This document shows, in pieces, positions 9,088 through 18,440 of a stretch of DNA of 64,000 bases; the stretch's first letter is position 1, and each line of letters opens with the position of its first letter. The position numbers were made by a program, and so were the translations under genes. A model generated the notes under the pieces. That model was not told where the DNA came from. It was given only the letters and a program-made list of their open reading frames with translations, and did not search any database. Location: NCBI GenBank assembly GCA_963663165.1, contig OY760175.1, forward strand, positions 2,560,001 through 2,624,000, given 5' to 3'. The stretch is from an uncultured Desulfospira sp. GTDB taxonomy: Bacteria; Desulfobacterota; Desulfobacteria; Desulfobacterales; Desulfobacteraceae.

Positions 9088-10610
9088 GCAAGCCTAGCCG
9101 ACGCCCCAATCGTGAGGAGATAAAGGCCAAAAGAAAGCAGTTTAAAAAGGAGCAGAGAAAATTACGTCGGGATGAAGAGGCCAGGGGATTTCAGCCGCCC
9201 TCTCATGGCACAATTTCTAACTGCAAATGCCGATATGAAAGTGTAGAACAGGAGGGGCGCATCCGCAATGAGGCCGTGGCTGAGAAAATGAGTATTTTTC
9301 GCGCTAAGCTGCCAATTCTGCTCAAACGTATGGCCAAGATTGAAGACCCTCGAAACCCTAAGAAGATAAAACACCAAATATCCACACTCATGATCTATGG
9401 GATACTGACCTTTGTGTTTCAGATGGCTTCTTGCCGTGAGGCCAACAAAGAAATGAGCCGGCCGATGTTCTGGAAGAATCTTCAATATTTTTTCCCGGAG
9501 CTTGAAACGCTTCCCCATCATGATACGTTAAAACGCCTATTGTCTAAGATTGATATCAATCAAATCAAGAAGCTTCATCTCGATCTGGTCAGAGATCTGA
9601 TCCGGAAAAAGAAATTTCGACGGTACCTGGTCAATGGCTGTTATCCGATTGCCATAGATGGTACCGGTAAATTCAAACGCGACTGGCTTTGGGATGAAGA
9701 GTGCCTGGAACGTAACATCAAGAAAGAGGATGGCACCAGGAAACAGTATCATGTCTATGTTCTGGAAGCTAATCTTGCGTTTTCCGATGGCATGAGCATT
9801 CCGCTGATAAGCGAAATCCTGAGCTACACCGAAGGAGATACCGCTAATGATAAGCAGGACTGCGAACTCAAGGCGTTTTACCGGTTAGCCTCTTGCCTGA
9901 AGGCGGCATTTCCCGCCCTAAAAATTATGGTGCTTTTGGATGGGCTTTATGCCAAGGGCCCCGTGGCAGAAATTTGCCGAACAAACAAATGGCAGTTCAT
10001 GATTGTACTGAAAGATGACGCTCTACCCAGCGTAATGAATGAATTTGAAACGCTTGCCGCACTCGATACAGAAAACTGCCACCAACACACATGGGGCAAT
10101 AGGAAACAGGTTTTTCGGTGGATCAACGCCATTGACTACCGGTTTGGTCCGAACGGCAAGAAAAGTCAAATCCTGCACGTTGTTGAATGCAAAGAGAGCT
10201 GGAAAGAGGTTAGCCGGGAAAGCGGTCAACCGGAAAAGAAAAATAGTCGTCATGTGTGGTTGTCCAGCGAACCTTTGGACAGATTTAATCTTCACGAACG
10301 ATGCAACATAGCCGCCCGTTCCCGTTGGTGTATTGAAACCGGTATTCTCGTTGAGAAACATCATGGATATGAGTACGAGCACTGTTTTTCGTATGATTGG
10401 AACGTCATGAAGGGGTATCATGCCTTGATGCGCCTGGGCCATATGTTTAACGTTTTGGCCAGATACTCGCAGCGGCTTGCCAGGATTATTGAAGATACCG
10501 GCGCACGGGGCCTGATTCGTTTAGTCCGGGATACCATGTCCGGCCCGTGGCTGGATTACATGTGGCTGGAAGATCGTCTGTCCACTCCCTTTCAACTCCG
10601 ATTAGTATGA
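9084..10610 (+). CDS. DDE transposase (ISAs1/IS4-like)
   Basis: DPRNPKKIKH N-terminal motif; IAIDGT, LLDGLY, RSRWCIE. Confidence 0.85.
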   Translation: MSKPSRRPNREEIKAKRKQFKKEQRKLRRDEEARGFQPPSHGTISNCKCRYESVEQEGRIRNEAVAEKMSIFRAKLPILLKRMAKIEDPRNPKKIKHQISTLMIYGILTFVFQMASCREANKEMSRPMFWKNLQYFFPELETLPHHDTLKRLLSKIDINQIKKLHLDLVRDLIRKKKFRRYLVNGCYPIAIDGTGKFKRDWLWDEECLERNIKKEDGTRKQYHVYVLEANLAFSDGMSIPLISEILSYTEGDTANDKQDCELKAFYRLASCLKAAFPALKIMVLLDGLYAKGPVAEICRTNKWQFMIVLKDDALPSVMNEFETLAALDTENCHQHTWGNRKQVFRWINAIDYRFGPNGKKSQILHVVECKESWKEVSRESGQPEKKNSRHVWLSSEPLDRFNLHERCNIAARSRWCIETGILVEKHHGYEYEHCFSYDWNVMKGYHALMRLGHMFNVLARYSQRLARIIEDTGARGLIRLVRDTMSGPWLDYMWLEDRLSTPFQLRLV

Positions 10611-10928
10611 CGGCAACGACGGACGGGTAATCGAAAACACTCTCCCAAGCAGAGAGGTGGGAACGCTATGTTCGGACCGAAGGACCGTCTTTCGTTTCGG
10701 CCATAGTCAGTGTCTGAAGGACTGCCTTTTTGAATTAAAAAAGGCTGGATCTCCCCCCAAAGGGAGTGGTTAGATCGACTAAAGCCAACCTTTTTTTATT
10801 CATGCGTCAGCACTGTATGTGAATGATTATCATTGACATTCATTATTGTGCTTGACATAGTAGGAAAAGTACATTTCACACATTGATTTTTAACAAAACA
10901 TTCCGGACGCAACTTAAAAAAAGAACAG

Positions 10929-11342
10929 ATGGGCGAAGAGTCAAAATTATTTTCCGCATCAGGCCTTACGGCCCGACTGTTTGAAGTCGTCGATCAGATG
11001 ACGGATTTTGAAAAAAAAGAGCTGCTCAAATTTCTGGATGGAAACCGGAGGGCCGGCCATCGCCTGCCCTATATGATGCCGGTGGCCTGTGAGACCGGTG
11101 AAATCCGGTTCAATGATTTTATACTGGATATCAGCGAAAGCGGGGCGTTTCTGGAGACTGCCCAGCCACTTGCCGTAAACCAGGCGCTTACCATCCATTT
11201 TCAGTTACCCCATGAGCCAGACCCCAGACCGGTTGAGTGCCGGGTGGCCTGGGTCGGCAAAAATGGCGCAGGGATCTTTTTTTCATTTGAAAGCCGGGAA
11301 CAGCAGGTTCTGGTGGCAGATTTGGTCGGTCAGTTGGGATGA
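10929..11342 (+). CDS. PilZ-domain protein
   Basis: RRAGHR (RxxxR) and DISESG (DxSxxG). Confidence 0.85.
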   Translation: MGEESKLFSASGLTARLFEVVDQMTDFEKKELLKFLDGNRRAGHRLPYMMPVACETGEIRFNDFILDISESGAFLETAQPLAVNQALTIHFQLPHEPDPRPVECRVAWVGKNGAGIFFSFESREQQVLVADLVGQLG

Positions 11343-11354
11343 TAAAACCTTTGG

Positions 11355-12719
11355 ATGTTCAAAAACGTTATGAAAGAGATCTTGCTTGCCAACAGGAACC
11401 CGTCCGAGGCTGAGGACTTAATCCACGTGCTCGGGCGGCATGTTAACATCACACTGATATCGTCTGCGTCAGAGCTTTCCCCGGGGGAAGCGTCTTATGA
11501 TCTGGTCCTCATTGATCATAATTTTACGGCCCATTCAGGCATTGATTTTTTAATGGACCTGTTGAGCTGGAAACCCCTGCCTGTTTTGATGCTGACCCCG
11601 CCCTCAGAGCCCCAGTGCGCCATTGAAGGCTTGAGGGCAGGGGCCTTTAACTATATAGTCAAAACAAAGGGGTATCTTAATTTCCTGCACATTGCCATTG
11701 ACGATGCCATCAGCAAGTTCCATGAAAAAAAACAGCTCAAAAAGACCATTGCAGAGCTTCAACGAAAGGTCCGGGAACTTGAAGGACAAATGGGGACCGC
11801 CAAACCCCCGCTGGCCGGCAAAGCAAGGGCCCCCCTGTCTGCCGCCCCCTCAAAACAGGCCCCCCGCAAACAAGGCAAACCCCCAAGCCTGATTGAACAG
11901 ATCATTTCGCGGTTCAAAAAAGGGGATGTCAACCTGCCCGCACTGCCCCAGATCGGCACCCAGTTTGATGCCATGCTTAAAAAAGGGGCCGATATCAAGG
12001 ACATCGCCATGCTGCTCAAGCAGGACGTTGCCATTACCTCCAAACTGATCAACGTGGCCAATTCCGCCCTTTACAGGGGGATTGAGCAGGTCACCCGGAT
12101 TGAAACCGCCATCGGCAAAATCGGGCTGGGCAAAACCCGGCAGTATGTGGAGATTATCGCCAACAGGAGTTTGTATACGTCCAGCAACAAGCGGTTTGTC
12201 GCCCTGGTCCAGAAATTGTGGGAACATTCCCTGGCCACGGCCTGGGCCGCAGAATATTTCAGCGGCCTGCTCAGCCTGAATACCGAGACCGATGTGTTTT
12301 CCCTGGGGCTTACCCACGACATCGGCAAGCTGATTTTAATCCAGGTCATTGGAGAACTGGATGGAAAGGGAAAGTACGGCTCATCCATGGACCATGATAA
12401 GGTGTTGTCCACCCTCAATCTCTACCACGGCCGGTTCGGGGCTGTGCTGCTCAACCGGTGGGGGTTCCCCCAGGCCTTTAAAGATACCGCCATGTTCCAT
12501 GACGATTTTAATCAGATGAAAGACCCCTCTTCGGAGTTCCTGTGCGTTCATCTGGCCAACCTCCTGGCCAACAAGATCGGATACGGCATTGGACCGGTGC
12601 CGGAGATGGAGCTTGCAGAAGCCGATTCCTGCCTTTTTCTAGGCCTTCGGCCCGACGAGATTGACGGGGCCTGCAATCAGACCGCCACCTACATGGATAC
12701 CATTAAAAAAGCCCTGTAA
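11355..12719 (+). CDS. Receiver-domain plus HDOD-domain protein
   Basis: DLVLID..GIDFL REC domain; LPALP, VANSALY, LWEHS, HDIGK. Confidence 0.88.
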   Translation: MFKNVMKEILLANRNPSEAEDLIHVLGRHVNITLISSASELSPGEASYDLVLIDHNFTAHSGIDFLMDLLSWKPLPVLMLTPPSEPQCAIEGLRAGAFNYIVKTKGYLNFLHIAIDDAISKFHEKKQLKKTIAELQRKVRELEGQMGTAKPPLAGKARAPLSAAPSKQAPRKQGKPPSLIEQIISRFKKGDVNLPALPQIGTQFDAMLKKGADIKDIAMLLKQDVAITSKLINVANSALYRGIEQVTRIETAIGKIGLGKTRQYVEIIANRSLYTSSNKRFVALVQKLWEHSLATAWAAEYFSGLLSLNTETDVFSLGLTHDIGKLILIQVIGELDGKGKYGSSMDHDKVLSTLNLYHGRFGAVLLNRWGFPQAFKDTAMFHDDFNQMKDPSSEFLCVHLANLLANKIGYGIGPVPEMELAEADSCLFLGLRPDEIDGACNQTATYMDTIKKAL

Positions 12720-12763
12720 ACGCGCTGAACGCTTTTTAAGATTCAAAGTGGGTGCATTCCCAT

Positions 12764-14164
12764 TTAGTGGCCTAAGCAAAGTGACCGAATTTGTATGAAG
12801 ATATTGTCAGTCAAGATGTTCCACCTCCCGGAAAGGAGCTGACTCCTTAAGAACAACATTGATTCGGATGTTTCCGGTTTCCAGAATATACCCGGTGATT
12901 TCATTCTGAGATTTATAACCCGACGTATTGCACTTTCAACACAGCCGCTGCCAGTAGGTATTTTCAGGCTGCGGAACTGGCGATACTGCATTCTGTTTCG
13001 ATTTTTCACGAAGTAACTTTTAAATTTGGATAATGCTTCTATGCGCCTTTTAGGGTACGTAATGTGTTTTACAATTTCTTTTCTAAGGTCTTTGAATCTG
13101 CCATCCCAAAGGAGGTTCTTCCAAGATTCTGCTATCCGGTTTCTTTCTTTTATAGGGATTCTCTTTGGCAATTTGTCCACGATTTCATGTAAATTCTGTT
13201 TTGCATGGGTGTAGTCGATTACCTCATAATAGGATTCGATTTCAAGCCGTTTGGCCAGCGGGCCTGTTCGCTTCCAATAGCTACGTGCACCGTCACAGCA
13301 GAAAACAACACGCTTGGCTTTGGGAATATCTAATTCACGCAAGTAGATCTCAAGAATATCAAAAGCGGCATCAATACCGCCCATTGTGGCATCATAAACC
13401 GGCAAGTGTTTTTTGGATATTGTGCCGTCCGGATCGACAATATGTATGACAAACTGAATGGGTTCTTTCCATTCAGTATGATATCCCTGCCGCTTTTGGC
13501 CTTTTGATTTACGTCCCCGTTTTGGCCTCCGTTCTCGAAGGCGACCGCCGTCGATACAAACCAGAACCGTTTTGCCACCAACGCGATCAGTATCTCCAAA
13601 AGATACCCGGCCACGCAGGGGCATAGCTTCCTGTGCAAGATTCATTGTTATGCGGCGTATAGTTTTGACATTTAAGTTGATTGCATGGTTTTCCAGGGAT
13701 CTTCGGGCAATTTCAAAAGAGGGGCAGAGCAATGCTGCATGGACCACCGACGAAGCGAACAGCGTTGAACACCTGCCGATAAAACCAAGGTAATCAAGCC
13801 CAAAATGGCGGCCTGTCCCCTTTTGTCGTTTTTTTGTTTTAGGGCCTGGCCGTTGTTTGGAAACAACTTTTGAAAAGTAAGGGGATCGGATGCTCAGGGT
13901 AGTTCCTGTCAATAATCGAATGCTGCTGGGGCGGTATCCGTTGAAACGCAGTCCCTTTTTACCGGCACCAATTTTCAGTTCAGATAAAAGATCCGGGTCA
14001 GACAGTGCCTTTTCAATGACGGGAACCAGAAATGCTTCCACAATAATGAAGAGGCCGTTCCGTACCTGCTCACACAGGATATTAGCATTTTGATGGTTTT
14101 GGAAATCAGCTACGGCTTTTGTTAGAAGGGTTCGAATATCCCTTATAGTGGAAGCAAGTTTCAT
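12764..14164 (-). CDS. ISKra4/ISLre2-like DDE transposase
   Basis: IDGG, CDGA, DYTHA (DxxH), GSGCVESA..VI..RMK. Confidence 0.85.
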   Translation of the reverse strand: MKLASTIRDIRTLLTKAVADFQNHQNANILCEQVRNGLFIIVEAFLVPVIEKALSDPDLLSELKIGAGKKGLRFNGYRPSSIRLLTGTTLSIRSPYFSKVVSKQRPGPKTKKRQKGTGRHFGLDYLGFIGRCSTLFASSVVHAALLCPSFEIARRSLENHAINLNVKTIRRITMNLAQEAMPLRGRVSFGDTDRVGGKTVLVCIDGGRLRERRPKRGRKSKGQKRQGYHTEWKEPIQFVIHIVDPDGTISKKHLPVYDATMGGIDAAFDILEIYLRELDIPKAKRVVFCCDGARSYWKRTGPLAKRLEIESYYEVIDYTHAKQNLHEIVDKLPKRIPIKERNRIAESWKNLLWDGRFKDLRKEIVKHITYPKRRIEALSKFKSYFVKNRNRMQYRQFRSLKIPTGSGCVESAIRRVINLRMKSPGIFWKPETSESMLFLRSQLLSGRWNILTDNIFIQIRSLCLGH

Positions 14165-14221
14165 GATCAGTCCTCGAATTGCAGGTTGAAAAATTACCTG
14201 TCATTTCGATGACTGAAACCC

Positions 14222-15094
14222 TCAAGTTTGTGTGCATAGCTGCTTTTTATAATTGGAAGTCAACGGGTATACATAGATGTCTTTTATCGGCACCTGAAGT
14301 CTGTGGTGCCTGTCTTGACGGCTTCGCCCTTTGCTTTGACCAATTTTTTGCCAATTTGCCGCCTGGTAGCAAGTTCCGGCAAAGCGTGATCGATCCACGA
14401 AAGTTTCTACCAGACAGATATCGTGACCATATTTAGCTGTCCAGTCCCGGCTCAGCCGCCTAAGACATGAACCCAGAATATGACTGGCAAGATGGGGAAT
14501 TCGAATCCATGGCAAAATCAAAAATCGGGTATTGTTGGTCGTCATATGCAGGTTCCTGCGACGAGCCGACCTATCCCAACCGATGAATCGGTCACGAGGG
14601 GCCGTTTTCCATGCTGCTGAGCCAAAAAGCAGGCAGGCAACCGGACGAGAATTGCGATCAAAAGCCATATACTTCATATGTTCTCCGACATACCCTTTAC
14701 ACCCAAGGTAATGATATCGATCCATAAGGCAATGGAATAAATCATCAATATCTCCACGGCCCGATACCGGTATCAATTGTATCGGGCGGATCTTACGCAA
14801 AGTGGTTTCTATCGGCTTACAATCATGGGGGACATCGGGAATACGCCGCTGACGGTTACCGCTATGACGGGCAACGGGAAGTGTGACCATCCCTTTTTGC
14901 TCAAGTTTTCTCAGCATGCTTCGACAGGCCATGTCCTTGAGCAGACCTTTTTCCGTGCGCCAATCCCAGCGAGCACACAATTCTTTGGATAAACGAGTGC
15001 GGTGCCAGGCGGGATTGTCGTTAATCAAATGGCGTATCGTTTGTATATCAACTTCTGAAAATTCACGTCCTTGAATGGTTAAAGTCCTGCTCAT
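14222..15094 (-). CDS. DUF4338 (DruA-like) protein, IS passenger
   Basis: Collinear homolog of 8212-9087 (RYHYLG, RDRFIGW, ETFVD..FAGTCYQAANW). Confidence 0.85.
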   Translation of the reverse strand: MSRTLTIQGREFSEVDIQTIRHLINDNPAWHRTRLSKELCARWDWRTEKGLLKDMACRSMLRKLEQKGMVTLPVARHSGNRQRRIPDVPHDCKPIETTLRKIRPIQLIPVSGRGDIDDLFHCLMDRYHYLGCKGYVGEHMKYMAFDRNSRPVACLLFGSAAWKTAPRDRFIGWDRSARRRNLHMTTNNTRFLILPWIRIPHLASHILGSCLRRLSRDWTAKYGHDICLVETFVDRSRFAGTCYQAANWQKIGQSKGRSRQDRHHRLQVPIKDIYVYPLTSNYKKQLCTQT

Positions 15095-15288
15095 GCAAAT
15101 CTATATAACCTTTCATGAGCCAGGAGTCCAGCTTTTTTTGGGAGGGCAGAGTATTCAATGCAGCATGAAAAACGGAAAAATTGGATACATGTCAGTTCAT
15201 GCCACTAAATGGGATTGCACCCATTCAAAGTTGCCGGAATTTTCCCCGGGCAATTGTGAAAACGGCCGTGATCTGTTAATAGGTCTGC

Positions 15289-16986
15289 ATGATGCTTAAA
15301 TTCAAAGATATGATTGATCTGGATTACCTGCTTGAGCAGGATGAGCATGCCCTGGCCGGGACCGGCTTTTCTGAAAAACCATCGGCAGACACGGGTCAAC
15401 CCTCACATGGGCAGGGGCCGGGCATTGCCCAGCGGGACCGGGATATATTCAACCAGTTGAACGGTAAGGCCCTGGATGAACGGCAGGTGCTTGAAGAATG
15501 GCTGGGGCATCGCCGGCGGGTTTATTTTGAGGAATCCGGAAAATCCATGCTGCCGGGCCGGATGTTCAGTCTGGCCTGCAAGTGGGCCGCACGACTGCTG
15601 TTTTTTTTAGGGGGATTTTTCGGGTTTGGCATGGCCTATTCTTTTCTGGCCTATCACGGGACCCGGCCGGTCAATGTGACCCTGTTCTTTGCGATTTTTA
15701 TCCTGGTGCCCTTTGTTCTGTTTTTGTTTTCACTGACCGCCATGCTGCCGGGACGAAAAAAATCCATGATTTATTCTCTGGCCGCCTTTCTGGTTTTTAA
15801 AGGGATCCCCCGGGGGGTGGGGAAAATTGGAAAAATAACCGGCCATGCCCACTGGACAGCAGGCGCCCAAAGCTGTACTGACGCGGTATCCTCCCTGGTT
15901 TCCCGGAAAAAAACTGAGTACGGCCCCCTGATGTTCTGGACCTTTTTTATCCTTGCCGGCCTGCTCGGCCTGGGGTTTTCAACCGGGGTGCTTTGCGCCA
16001 CCTTTTTTAAAGTGGCGGTCAGTGATGTGGCCTTTGGGTGGCAGTCCAGCCTTACCGGGACCACCGGCGGGACCACCGAACAGGTAGCGGCCATTGTCCG
16101 GGCCATTGGGCTGCCCTGGTCCTGGTTCCTTCCCGGGGCAGTGCCCGGTCCCGACCAGATCATGGGTTCACGGATTGTCCTCAAACAGGGATTGGCCGCC
16201 CTTTCCACAGAACACCTGGTCTCCTGGTGGCCTTTTCTTATCATGGGGATCCTGGTGTATGCCCTTTTTCCCCGCGCCGTTCTGGTGGCTGCCGGGATGG
16301 CGGCCCGTTCCCGGGCGGAACGCCGGTTTGATATTAACCGGCCCCGGTTTCGAAAGCTTCTGATCCGGATGCAGACCCCGGTCATGGACATAGAGTATGA
16401 GGAATCCCCGGCAAAGGCCCCGGATATGCCGGCGACCCGGGAAACAACAGCCCGGCCCGGTCCGGAACGGGTTCTGGTCCCGGACCCGGTGGCAGCGGCT
16501 GAACCGGAACCGGCCCTAAGGCCAGCTGTTAAAGACCGCCCTGTTGGGGGCCCGGCACTTCTGCCGGCCGTGGTGCTGGCCCCGTCAATGATATATGATG
16601 ACAAGGCCCTTGATCGGATGATTCCCTGGGTCAACCGTCAGCTGGCCTTAAATACCCTGGGCCGGATTGACGTGTCCTTTGATTTTGAAAGTGACCGGAA
16701 CGTTCTGGAATCGGCCGCCGATTCCCTGCCCGGCCAAGTGGTTCTTTTCCAGGAGGTCTGGCAGCCGCCCATCAGGGCCATGCTTCATTATATTACTCAG
16801 TTAAAGACCCAGGTCCTGGCACAACAGAATTTGTGGATCCTGCTCACCCGGACCCCGGGGGAGAAAAGCCTGGCCGTGGATCCGGATGATCCGGATTTAA
16901 AGGTCTGGCAAACGGCGGTCCGGAACCTGGGGCTGGCCGATGTCGGGGTGGAAGGACTGGCCGAAAGGATGAGGGAGGAAGGATGA
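15289..16986 (+). CDS. DUF2868-family membrane protein
   Basis: Several TM segments, FGWQSS, WWPFL, WQPP; adjacent to a DUF3482 GTPase. Confidence 0.75.
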   Translation: MMLKFKDMIDLDYLLEQDEHALAGTGFSEKPSADTGQPSHGQGPGIAQRDRDIFNQLNGKALDERQVLEEWLGHRRRVYFEESGKSMLPGRMFSLACKWAARLLFFLGGFFGFGMAYSFLAYHGTRPVNVTLFFAIFILVPFVLFLFSLTAMLPGRKKSMIYSLAAFLVFKGIPRGVGKIGKITGHAHWTAGAQSCTDAVSSLVSRKKTEYGPLMFWTFFILAGLLGLGFSTGVLCATFFKVAVSDVAFGWQSSLTGTTGGTTEQVAAIVRAIGLPWSWFLPGAVPGPDQIMGSRIVLKQGLAALSTEHLVSWWPFLIMGILVYALFPRAVLVAAGMAARSRAERRFDINRPRFRKLLIRMQTPVMDIEYEESPAKAPDMPATRETTARPGPERVLVPDPVAAAEPEPALRPAVKDRPVGGPALLPAVVLAPSMIYDDKALDRMIPWVNRQLALNTLGRIDVSFDFESDRNVLESAADSLPGQVVLFQEVWQPPIRAMLHYITQLKTQVLAQQNLWILLTRTPGEKSLAVDPDDPDLKVWQTAVRNLGLADVGVEGLAERMREEG

Positions 16987-16989
16987 AGG

Positions 16990-18411
16990 ATGAAGGATGA
17001 AATTGGCACTGTAGAAGGGGAGAAACGGATTCCGGAGTTTGCCGTTTTAGGCCATCCCAACGAGGGAAAGTCTTCTGTGGTGTCTACCCTGACCGAAGAC
17101 GACCAGATCCGGGTCAGCCGGGTTCCCGGGGAAACAAAGGTGTCCCGGACCTATACGGTAAAAATTGACGGCCATAAGATTATCCGGTTTGTGGACACCC
17201 CGGGATTCCAGGTGCCCCGGCAGACCCTTGAATGGTTTAAACAGTACCAGGGGGACCCGTCAGATATCATCAGCGGGTTTATCCGCAAGTTTAAGTCAGA
17301 CCCGTTTTATGCCGACGAGGTGGAGTTGTTAACCCCGGTGGCCAAGGGCGCAGGCATTATTTACGTGGTCAACGGGGCCCGGCCTGTCCGGCCCGACGAT
17401 GTGGCGGAAATGGAAATTTTAAGGCTGACGGGGCGCCCCCGCATGGCCGTGATCAACTCCAAATCCGTGGAAACCGACTATACCGAACAATGGCGCCAGG
17501 AGTTTCGGAAACATTTTAACGCCATCCGGGTCTTTAATTCCAATACCGCCAATTTTAACGAGCGCATCAGCATGCTCGAAAGCCTTAAGGCCATTGACCA
17601 GGACTGGGAAATGGACCTGTCCCGTGTGATCACCGTATTCCAAAATGAGATGCAGCGCCGGATCCGGCTCGCTGCCGCCAGCATTACCCAGTCCATCGAA
17701 AAAAGCCTGGGCCTGGTTCTGGTTGAACCCCTTTCATCAGCCCCGGACCAGGACAGGGTCCGGGAAAAGCTGGGGAAGAAATATGAGGAACGGATCAAGG
17801 AATTTGAAAAAGATCTGTTTTGCAGCATCCGGACCATGTTTCGCCATACGGTATACGATGTGGCCCTGCCCGGATATTCTATCCTCCAGCATGACCTGTT
17901 CTCCCGGCAGACCTGGGAGATGCTGGGGCTGACCAGGACACAGCTGGCCGCAGCTGGTGCCGTGCTTGGCGGGAGCATGGGGGTGGTGGCGGATGTGGCG
18001 GCTCAAGGGTTGACCTTTGGCATCTTCACGGCCATTGGCGGGGTGCTCGGGGCGGGGTCTGCCCTGATGGGGGCTGAAAAAATGGCCGGCAAGTCCGGTT
18101 TCGGGTTTCACTTGGGCGGGGACAGCCTTCAGGTGGGACCCAATAAAAATTTACAGTTTCTTTATATTCTGCTGGACCGGGTCCTGATCTATTATGCCCA
18201 CATGGTCAACCGGGCCCATGGGAAAAGGGACAATCCCAACGAACAGGGAGACGGAAAGCTCGGGTACACCTCCGGGTTTACACAGGAGCAAAAACAGGTC
18301 TGCGCCCGGTTTTTCAAGGCCGCATCCAAAAAAGGCCCGGTCAGGGACAAGAAATCAGGGTCGGAGTTTGCGGCCATGGTTGAAGCGGTTCTTGAAAAAA
18401 TTTCAATTTAA
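16990..18411 (+). CDS. GTPase with DUF3482 domain
   Basis: GHPNEGKS, DTPG, Gly-rich C-terminal hydrophobic segment. Confidence 0.8.
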   Translation: MKDEIGTVEGEKRIPEFAVLGHPNEGKSSVVSTLTEDDQIRVSRVPGETKVSRTYTVKIDGHKIIRFVDTPGFQVPRQTLEWFKQYQGDPSDIISGFIRKFKSDPFYADEVELLTPVAKGAGIIYVVNGARPVRPDDVAEMEILRLTGRPRMAVINSKSVETDYTEQWRQEFRKHFNAIRVFNSNTANFNERISMLESLKAIDQDWEMDLSRVITVFQNEMQRRIRLAAASITQSIEKSLGLVLVEPLSSAPDQDRVREKLGKKYEERIKEFEKDLFCSIRTMFRHTVYDVALPGYSILQHDLFSRQTWEMLGLTRTQLAAAGAVLGGSMGVVADVAAQGLTFGIFTAIGGVLGAGSALMGAEKMAGKSGFGFHLGGDSLQVGPNKNLQFLYILLDRVLIYYAHMVNRAHGKRDNPNEQGDGKLGYTSGFTQEQKQVCARFFKAASKKGPVRDKKSGSEFAAMVEAVLEKISI

Positions 18412-18440
18412 CGGCAATCAATAAACCGGCCCCCAATTAA

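Larger units (their letters stand above)
8039..10815 (+). mobile_element. IS (2777 bp): DUF4338 gene plus ISAs1/IS4-like DDE transposase
   Basis: 17-bp perfect TIR CAGTGCTGACGCATGAA; 9-bp TSD TATGTGAAT at 8030-8038 and 10816-10824. Confidence 0.95.
12750..15222 (-). mobile_element. IS (2473 bp): DUF4338 gene plus ISKra4/ISLre2-like (IS256 superfamily) transposase
   Basis: 22-bp TIR GGGTGCA(T/A)TCCCATTTAGTGGC (21/22); 9-bp TSD ATTCAAAGT at 12741-12749 and 15223-15231. Confidence 0.95.

Noticed and set aside
8212..15094. Druantia anti-phage system
   Set aside because: Only DUF4338 genes are present, each inside IS ends; there is no DruE helicase or other dru gene
8039..15222. Composite transposon carrying the PilZ and HDOD genes
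   Set aside because: The two IS have different ends and each has its own TSD, so they are independent insertions
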